64,000 nucleotides of DNA, from assembly GCF_006345805.1 (NCBI RefSeq), contig NC_043006.1:84258001-84322000 (forward strand), read 5' to 3'. The notes beneath the pieces are model-generated. The model was not told the DNA's origin, ran no database searches, and worked only from the letters and a program-made list of their open reading frames with translations. The translations under genes and the position numbers were made by a program. Below are positions 54,645-64,000 of this stretch, piece after piece (position 1 is the stretch's first letter; each line of letters begins with the position of its first letter). Source of the DNA: Octopus sinensis. Taxonomy: Eukaryota.

Positions 54645-55149
54645 TAATAAAGGTAGAAATTGATATTAATCGATTAAAACCAGTGGCTTAGCATATTGAA
54701 AAAATCCGAAGATTAAAAGTTGTGTTACATACAAAGTTAAGAGGAATGACCACTAAAGTGGACACCCTGTATGCTAAACATAGACGTCAAATCGTAATTA
54801 CCACGAAGAATGTGTTCTCAAGAAAAAGTCTCAGCAAAATGCCAAAATGTAAAAATAAAATGGCTGATATTAACAAGTGAAACCGTGGTTCGTAGGTAAT
54901 CGTATAATATTTCGTATATTTTCATTTGTCTTGCTATTTTTACATTTTGGTTTTTGCTGAGATTTTTTCTTGAGAACAAATTCTTCGTGGTAATGACCAT
55001 TTGACGTCTATGTTTAGCATACAGGGTGTCCACTTTTAGTGGTCATTCCTCTTAATTTTGTATGTAACACAATTTTTAATCTTCGGATTTTTAAAAAATA
55101 TGCTAAGCCACTGGTTTTAATTGATTAATATCAATTTCTACCCTTATTA
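54645..55149. repeat. Long inverted repeat (~210-bp arms, ~78-bp spacer)
   Basis: 54645-54857 is the reverse complement of 54935-55149, with scattered mismatches. Confidence 0.9.
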
Positions 55150-55225
<76 letters not shown>

Positions 55226-55280
55226 ATGTATATACACACATACATATATTACACACACACACATATATATGTATGTATAT

Positions 55281-55313
<33 letters not shown>

Positions 55314-55329
55314 GTTACACACACACACG

Positions 55330-55367
<38 letters not shown>

Positions 55368-55414
55368 CGTGTGTGTGTGTATGTAGGTGTGTATATATAT
55401 ATAGTGTTAGGTGT

Positions 55415-55465
<51 letters not shown>

Positions 55466-55494
55466 CCCACACACACAATGTAAATATTGTAAAT

Positions 55495-55870
55495 ATAACA
55501 GTTTCGGCCTTAAGGTTGTAGCTATGCTGGGGCACCACCACTGTAATTACCTTTTCAATGGCCAACCTTAAGTGATTGGCTTTTGGTGAAGGAGCGAGTT
55601 CGAAACTGCTGCCCTCTTTTGAGTCTCCTGCCTTGATATTGGTTCATCTGGGGCTTTGGACTGCAGAAGGTCGAGTTGTTTCTTGAAAACATCTACCCCT
55701 ATTCCTTGAAGATCCCTCAGATATTTTGGTTAGGCGTTAAATAGCTGTGGGCCCTTGAATCCCAGGCTATTGCAATACATCATACTCACTCTAAATTGGA
55801 TTGCCAAGACCTTTGGAACAGTGCACGGTCTGCTACAGTTCTCGATTCTGAAGTTTGGTGCTAGCCAAAT
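55495..55870 (-). mobile_element. CR1-type LINE 3' fragment
   Basis: [14 protein letters not shown]; tail GGTGGTGCCCCAGCATAGC. Confidence 0.75.
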
Positions 55871-55897
55871 ATTTATACATATAAATAAATAAATATG

Positions 55898-55954
<57 letters not shown>

Positions 55955-57014
55955 TATAGATATATATATATATAGAGAGAGAGATAGATAGATAGATAGA
56001 TATATACATACGTACATACATACATACATACATACATACATACATACATACATACATACACGCACACATGTTTATATGTATACATATAAATATATATACT
56101 CACATATAGATGTATTTATACATATACACACATATAAATATGTATGCTTGTATATGTAGGTGTGTGTGCGAATGTGTGTATAATATATGAGTGTATATGT
56201 ATATACAAAGAGGCATGAATGAAAAAACCCAACCAATGTTTATTGCGCAGTGACAAACAAACCGGCAGACAGATCGACAGACAAACAGACAGGCAGATAG
56301 ACAGCTAGATAGATAGAGAGAGAGATACATACATAGAGAGAAAGAAAGAGATAGAGATAGAGAAGAAAGTAAGTCGTAACTACAGTTGAGTCGACTAATT
56401 TAGCCATTTAATTAGTTGATAAGCTTAGTGTGGTAGAGGGAATTCCTTACAACTAATTTAGCGAGTAATTAATGTCTCTTATCATTGTAACTGTTAGCCA
56501 ATTTGCGCCTGAATGCAAAACGGTTTTGATCCTCCAAAACTAGCCCGGCCGACATTATAATAATAATAAAGCTTAGCAATTTGGCTCCTGTTGCGCTCCC
56601 ACCGCCTCCTCACCTCGTATCTTTATTCTTCTTTTGTTCGTCTGCCCGCCCGTCCGTCCGTCCGTCCGTCCGTCCGTCCGTCCGTCCGTTCTTCCATCCA
56701 TCTTTGTATGCATGTGTGTGTTGGTGTGTTTGCGTGTGTGTGTAGGTGTGTGTATAAGTGTGTATGTGTTTGTTTGCTTGTGTGTGGCTGTGTATATGTA
56801 TGCGTGTATGTGTGAGCATGGTCGTGTGTATGAGTGTATTTGTGTGCATGTATATGTATGTGTGAATGTTTGTGTCTATGTATATGTAAGGATACGTATA
56901 TATATAACCACAAATGTGTGTGTGTGTGTATATATATATGGATGCGTATATTATATAACCACAAATGTGTGTGCATATATATATGCATATATTATATATA
57001 TATATATTATATAT

Positions 57015-57057
<43 letters not shown>

Positions 57058-57061
57058 AATA

Positions 57062-58439
57062 TATCAGGCTGAGTGAAAAGTAAGCAACGTTTTGAAACAT
57101 GAAATTCATCACACAACAATGCGGAATTTTATTCAGCAAATTAAGTACCATTACAATCAACACATTTTTGCTAATGAGTTGCAAGTTTGTTTATTCAGGT
57201 TAACATGAAAATCTGGAGTTCTGTATCGGTTTGATTTTTGAACTCCTCTCGCAGGAAACCATCGAGTGCTTGAAAAAATATGGTAGATGGTAGGAGAAAG
57301 GAGAATAAGCTGGGTGGGGAACAACTTCGTAGCCAAGTTCCTTCAACTTCTGGAGCGTCATTAGTGAAACGTGTGGTCATGCCTTGTCTTGAAGAGTGAT
57401 TGGCTCTCTTCTGTTGACCAGTCTGAGACGAAGGAGTAGCAGTTTTTCGTTCATTTTGCAGTAATAGTTTTTCCGGGTTTAAAGACGTTATGGTGGATGA
57501 GTCCAGAAGTACAATCACCATAACCTTCTTTTTGAAGAGCTCGGATTAGGGAAGGTTTTTTTGTGCTTCATTTTGGTCCAACTACTACGAAGAACGTTTT
57601 TTATATTATTCTTTTCTACTCTAGGCACAAGGCCCAAAATTTTTGAGGAAGGTGCCAGTCGATTAGATCGTTCCCAGTACGCTACTGGTACTTAATTCAT
57701 CGACATGGAAAGGATGAAAGGCAAGGTCAACCTCAGCGGAATTTGAACTCAGAACGTAAAAACAGACGAAATATCGCTAAGCATTTCGCCCGGCGTGCTA
57801 ACGTTTCTGCCAGCTCGTAAGTTACAATACGGTTAAGAAATGGATAGGTCTGGTTACGGAGAAGAAGCGATGAGCAAATTTCACATCTGCGCATTTTCTG
57901 GTTTTCATTCAAATCGTGTGGTATCCATTTGTGGAGCTTTTTTGATTTTCCGATCTCATGCAAACAGGTAGTTTTCTGGCCAACTTGAAGTTCTTTTGCC
58001 AGTTCTCGTAAAAACGCGGATCTTTCTCAATGACTGTCTTTAATTGATTGTAATCGATGACAGATGGGCGTCCACTACGCTCACGATCTTCAAGGCTCAG
58101 GTCTCCACTACGAAATCGTTTAAACCATTTTTGAGCTGACCACTCACTGGTCATTTCCTTACCAAACATTGCGTTGATACCGCGAGCGGTGTCAGTTGCT
58201 TTAAGTCTTTTTTGAAGTTGAATAGCAAAATTGATCGAATATCGCGTTTTGACAGTTCCATTTCAGATGATTGTAACAACAGTGAAAAACAATATCAATG
58301 TTAATTTATTGATGTATTTGGGCAAGCCTGTGTCTGTATTATCAGACAATTGCAAAAACATGGTTAAAAAAGTAAAAACTCCGCAGAAATCCGGTACAAA
58401 TTCTTCATGATTTCAAAACGTTGCTTACTTTTTACTCAC

Positions 58440-58445
<6 letters not shown>
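57062..58445 (-). mobile_element. Near-full-length decayed mariner transposon, interrupted by a family A SINE (57608-57817)
   Basis: TA-flanked TIRs TATCAGGCTGAGTGAAAAGTAAGCAACGTTTTGAAA / TTTCAAAACGTTGCTTACTTTTTACTCACCTGATA. Peptides KWFKRFRSGDLSLEDRERSGRP and WIPHDL..FLNRIVT. Confidence 0.9.
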
Positions 58446-58478
<33 letters not shown>

Positions 58479-59728
58479 TATATATAATATATATATATAA
58501 TATATATATATATAATATATATATATACATACATACATACATACATAACACATACATACATACATACAGACATACAGACAGACAGACAGACAGACAGACA
58601 GGGTGCCTCAGCATGGTCAAAGCCTTTGACTAAACCTGGAACCATGTGGTTGGGGAGCAAACTTCTTGTCTATGCCAGACAGTCATCAGACACTTATAAC
58701 GTAACTTTGCAGTTTATTGCACTTCCGTAAATATTTACCTCTCATTGTTTGCGCCATGTCAGTTTGACGAATATATTTATAATATCTACGCTTATACTGT
58801 AAAATGCTAATATCCGTGTTTCGTTTTCTTTAAATTGAAATAGTCCTACACAGAAAGACACTCAGTGTCATGATATTTAAAAAAGAACATGTTGGCAGAC
58901 GGAGGAATAAACCGTCTCTGATAGGCTGTTGCTATAGAATTCAACGCACCAAGTTACCGGAAAACTCGACCGTATGCTGTAGATAATGCTAAAGGCTGCG
59001 TCAGAGGGCAAGGGTGTGGCATTAAAGCTGGGTAACAGACGAATGAAGCTGCCAGTTAAGAGCACGTACAAAAACATATATAATTCAGTCAACGTACTTT
59101 AGTTCCGTTACCCTCTTCTTAATTTCATTCGGAAGATAACCGTTTAAGTAGAGGCTAAAGAGGTACACTCTACGATACGAAACTCTCTCTCTAAGCTGGA
59201 TGGCGTTAGCAGCCGTGTGATTACAAAGTGAATATCTTAAATCAAACGGACATGCCGGACGGCCAGCAGACACTGTAGCGTAATCATGCAGTTTATTACA
59301 CTTCCGTAAATATTCACCCCTCACTGTTTGCGCCATGTCAGTTTGACTTTTCTCTAAATCACTATGAACGTCGTGATCATGACAGACAAAGTGGCGTCTT
59401 TCTGGTGTGGTGACTGCGTCAACTTATAAGGACAGGAAAATATTATTAGTAATTGTCGCTTAATAGTGTTGCTGTTTTTTTTCTTCTTCCTTTCCTTCGT
59501 CGCATATTTATTTCTAGTTAACTTTTTAATGTCTCCCTAACATTAAATATGTTAACACTAAACTTAGCTGGTGTGTTTTTCTTACGCGTGAAGTCACTGA
59601 AATATTTCTTATACAAACAAGTTTATATATATATACTTTTTCCAACTAATGTCATAATATGTGTGTGTGGGTGTGTGTGTGGTTCTCTGTATACACACAC
59701 ACATACACAGAAATATACAAATATATAT

Positions 59729-59785
<57 letters not shown>

Positions 59786-59789
59786 ATAA

Positions 59790-60708
59790 AACGGTAAGAT
59801 AACAAAAGAAAGAAAGAGACCTCAATATTATGTAAATAGAGGAAATTTATCTATACATATATGTTACATTACTCGGTAGTCAAGATAAAACTCTGAGTTT
59901 CAGATGCCGAAGTGGAAATCCACAACACCATCTCTTCGGTTATCTGGCTATTTGAAAACGCTATGAAAAAATACCGTTAAAAATATGAAGGGAAATTACT
60001 CTGTTATAATTCTGCTTTGCCTGCGTACTTATACATCGCTCGCATTTTTCGTCATAAAAATTATATAAAAAATACATAAAAATATATAAAAATATATAAA
60101 AATATATAAAATCTTCTTGGGACATAACACAGAAAGCATGTTCTATCCGTTTTCTTTAGGGGACCAAAAACGTAACAGAAATTTAGTCACATGTGGGCAT
60201 GATCCGAAAAGCTCTGTCCTTGTATTTAGACATGTGGTAGGGTCTAAGCTGCTTTTCCAGATAAGCCATCTCTCATGTCGCATAAACCGCACCTTCGCTT
60301 GCCGTTAGTATAGGGCTTACATCTGGCCAAAATCTTCCATGTATGTTTATAATCGACACCTTTATCTCTTAAAAGACCAAATATGATTGGATAATTGTGT
60401 CGCTTTTCTTTTGTTCCAGTGCCTAAGCTCAAAGTGTGGTTATTGAACCTGGCCTTGAAATTACCTCTGTCAGGCCCACGTATTTCTTCGTCGAAACGGT
60501 GTCTTAGTGGTTATAGAGTTTACGGTAGCTTCATATATGATGGTCTTGGACATGCAAGCTCCATTTAGCGGGCACAATTCTTTATTCCTGCATGAACAGC
60601 TGTTTTCTTCTTGTGTTTTTTGTATGTTATGATTGATTATCTTTTTAAAATGGTAGTTGAACTAAAACTATTTTTAAATTGTGTCTATTGAAGAGCTTCC
60701 TATTGAAG

Positions 60709-60710
<2 letters not shown>
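59790..60710 (-). mobile_element. Penelope-like element 3' part: GIY-YIG remnant and pLTR with hammerhead-like motif
   Basis: CSCRNKELCPLNGACMSKTIIYEATV, YVGLTE..FKARFNNH, WKILARCKPY..RCGLC. CCGAAGA-gatg..catc-TGAAAC near 59905-59940. Confidence 0.8.
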
Positions 60711-60760
<50 letters not shown>

Positions 60761-60771
60761 TATATATATAG

Positions 60772-60812
<41 letters not shown>

Positions 60813-60890
60813 ATTCACACACACATATACACACTCATATATATAGATATATAAAAATAAAACAATATTATATATATAAATATATAAATA

Positions 60891-60952
<62 letters not shown>

Positions 60953-61381
60953 TACATGCATATATGGGTACAGGACGTCACCAGCGGTGCAAATAACATG
61001 AAATACGTAAACAAACGAGTGACAAACGCAGGAAATACGAGAAACAACGAGAAAAAATGGAGAACACAGAGAAAGGATCCTTCATCAGTTGTCGGCTGAC
61101 TATCTACTCCTCATTTCGAGCATTCCACGATAATATATATGTCTTCATAAACAGTTGCTTCCATTAATTCTAAAATAATATTTAGGATTTATGGAGGCTT
61201 AAAGTTGGGAACAAAAAAGTGACAGTGGAGACATACAAGAAAACCAAACAAAAACAAACATGGAGGGTCGTTAGACCAAAGGAGAGGAAAATATATTATA
61301 TATATATATATATATTATTTAATTGAAGGCGACGCATCCATTTCCAAGTAAGTTTATATAGATATATACATATATATATAC

Positions 61382-61471
<90 letters not shown>

Positions 61472-62179
61472 AATACACACACCACACACACCACACACAC
61501 ACATATAAATATAGGGATGGTATTATTAAAATACCATCACGAATGGTAAGCGAATTTTCACTGATATTTTTTCCTATCATGTCTGTAACAGATTTGTGAC
61601 TATTCGGTGGTACAGAAGTATTTTTTGACATCTATCTTTAGCGATAGAGGTATGCAAGTAGTGCCCTTGTGTATATATCTACATATCTAATATTGTATGT
61701 ATATATTTTATTAATTTATATATATATATATATACTCACACACACACACACACATATACCCCCCATACGCACACATGATTAAGGATCCTTTTGCCACTAT
61801 TTCGTCTAATTTTATACTCTGTTGGTGAACTAAGAATATTATTCCACATATTATCAAAATTTCTAGCTTTGTCTCCCTTGCTGAGTGGAAATATAACAAT
61901 AAAAATGAAATTATTTCTTGCTAGTATTTTTAATGCTTTTCTTTATTATATACGTTACGTATGTTCCACTAACGAGTAGCTTTTTTTTTTTTTTTTCCAA
62001 GGGTGATGTGTCTTCGATCATTCATGGCTGAAACAGTTTCATTTTCTTCCATCATCAAATTTACAATCGTTGTAACAAGCTTTGAGGTCTACACACTTTA
62101 TTTATAATGTTTGGGTCGACACCACACACACACTACACGCACGCACACACACATACACACACACAAACGCATACATACA

Positions 62180-62970
62180 AACATGTTGAGTGAAAAGTCT
62201 TGCAGCATTTTGGTAACTTATTTCCTGCATTCGTCAAGCACAACAAAAGCAGCTTAGCATAGAAAATAGAGGCCAACGTGTTGCACCATCTCAAGCCACC
62301 TTTCTGCCAGTTCTTTGATCCCATTCTAACACCAGTTCTTGTCCATCGAGGCGAAGAATTTCTTCACTGGAGCTTCTTTGTTGATGAAATGTCGCGAGCA
62401 TAGTAAGTAAGCCATAAATCGGAATAAGTAATAATCCATGGGATATATTTTTCGCAACCGAACGTGCAGAAGCAGTGGTTAAGCAAGGACCATCTTCCAG
62501 AATTTGTTGCCAAACGTGGTCATTTCGAGGCGTTTCGAATACTGTGTGGTGTTCTACCTCTGGCGGAATTCTAAGGGGAGGAGTTCGCTCCGGACGGTCG
62601 AACCATCGATGCCATTATACTCCGAACAGCCCATGCGGATGTATGCTATCATGCGACAGGAATACCCGGTATTGATTAACAGAAAGCGAATTCTTCTAGA
62701 GCAAGACAATGCAAGACCTCATACCCCTCGAACGACCCGGAACAAACTCCAGGAACTTGATAGAATCGAACTGATGCCCTCAGATTATTACTTGTTCCGA
62801 TCCATGAGCTTACTTCCTGGTCACACGATGCCTCATCAACCAGGAGGAGGTGGAAACTTCAATTAAGAAGTTCTTCACCTCAAAGAGCAAGAATTGGTAT
62901 TAGCATGGGATCAAAGAACTGACAGATAGGTGGCTTCTGTTGGTGCAACAAATTGCCTTCTACTCCGAAC
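62180..62970. mobile_element. Mariner transposase remnants
   Basis: Plus strand NRKRILLEQDNARPH..PSDYYLFRSM; a minus-strand C-terminal remnant at about 62270-62400. Confidence 0.7.
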
Positions 62971-63511
62971 GCTCGACTGTTTTTGTTGTAACTTGACGAA
63001 TGAAGCTTAACACTATATACATTGCTAAAACGTACCGTAAACACACGTCCGTAAGCTCTTATCCATTACTGTTCCTTATGACGAATTTAAACATTCTGCC
63101 CCTGTCCACAAACAAATTGTGAAGAGAAAGCTGTAAATACTACACATCCCAATTCTGTTTGTAGTTTTATCAGCAACTGTGCAACTTCGTCAACAATCCA
63201 CAAGCACACTGCTTATAAACCCACTGATATTATGATTAAAGTATACCGGAAAGTCCAATTTGCATATTTAGCACATTGCTGGCAGTAAGTTTAAACATAA
63301 AATTACTCATCTGTTTACAATATTTTCTTTCATTCTTATAGCATATGAACAGATTCTTAGTTAACATATCATTTGCATACACGTAGTGTTTACAATCGTT
63401 GTAATATACAGTGTTGGCTAGGACATTATAGGACATTATAGGACATTATAGGACAAAGAAACAAAATGCTGCTATACGCAAATACTATGTTTATTATACA
63501 TACATACATGC

Positions 63512-63558
<47 letters not shown>

Positions 63559-63581
63559 ATATATATGCATATATTTTTATG

Positions 63582-63621
<40 letters not shown>

Positions 63622-63693
63622 CATACAAATATATACACATATATATATACATACATACATATATATATATATACATATACACACACACACATA

Positions 63694-63734
<41 letters not shown>

Positions 63735-63750
63735 CACACACACACACACA

Positions 63751-63945
63751 TATTTCTTTGCTACCCACAAGGGGCTAAAAATAGAGGTGACAAACAAGGA
63801 CACACAAAGGGATTAAGTCGATTACATCGACTCCAGTGTGAAACTGGTACTTTATTTGTCGACCCCGAAAAGATGAAAGGCAAAGTCGACCTCGGCGCAA
63901 TTTGAACTCAGAACGTAACGGCAGACGAAATACCGCCAAGCATTA
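63751..63945 (-). mobile_element. SINE family A copy
   Basis: GAAAGGCAAAGTCGACCTCGGCG..TTTGAACTCAGAACGTAACGGCAGACGAAATACC. Confidence 0.85.
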
Positions 63946-64000
63946 CATCATAAGAGCGACAGGCAGAAACAAAGAAAACACATGTATTTGAACACTATAC

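Overview
AT-rich, repeat-saturated eukaryotic non-coding DNA (intronic or intergenic). It is most consistent with an octopus/coleoid genome, inferred from the SINE families and the extreme (TA)n/(CA)n/(ATC)n density. Most ORFs in the supplied track are microsatellite read-through. Supported content: four tRNA-derived SINE families; many Penelope-like element remnants (GIY-YIG and RT fragments, pseudo-LTRs with minimal hammerhead-ribozyme cores, several long palindromes); CR1-, R4/Dong- and Tx1-type LINE fragments; mariner/Tc1 elements and MITEs; a decayed Chapaev3-like transposase; four non-autonomous Helitrons; and a 5'-truncated tRNA-Gly(GCC) copy. No intact protein-coding gene is evident. 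A speculative minus-strand chain of small exons (48.0 kb to 21.7 kb) is flagged only as a hypothesis. The most interesting observations are a recurrent non-canonical CUGUNGA hammerhead core in one Penelope family, modular Helitrons, and SINE head/tail swapping with a CR1 tail. All family assignments come from motif recall, not database searches.
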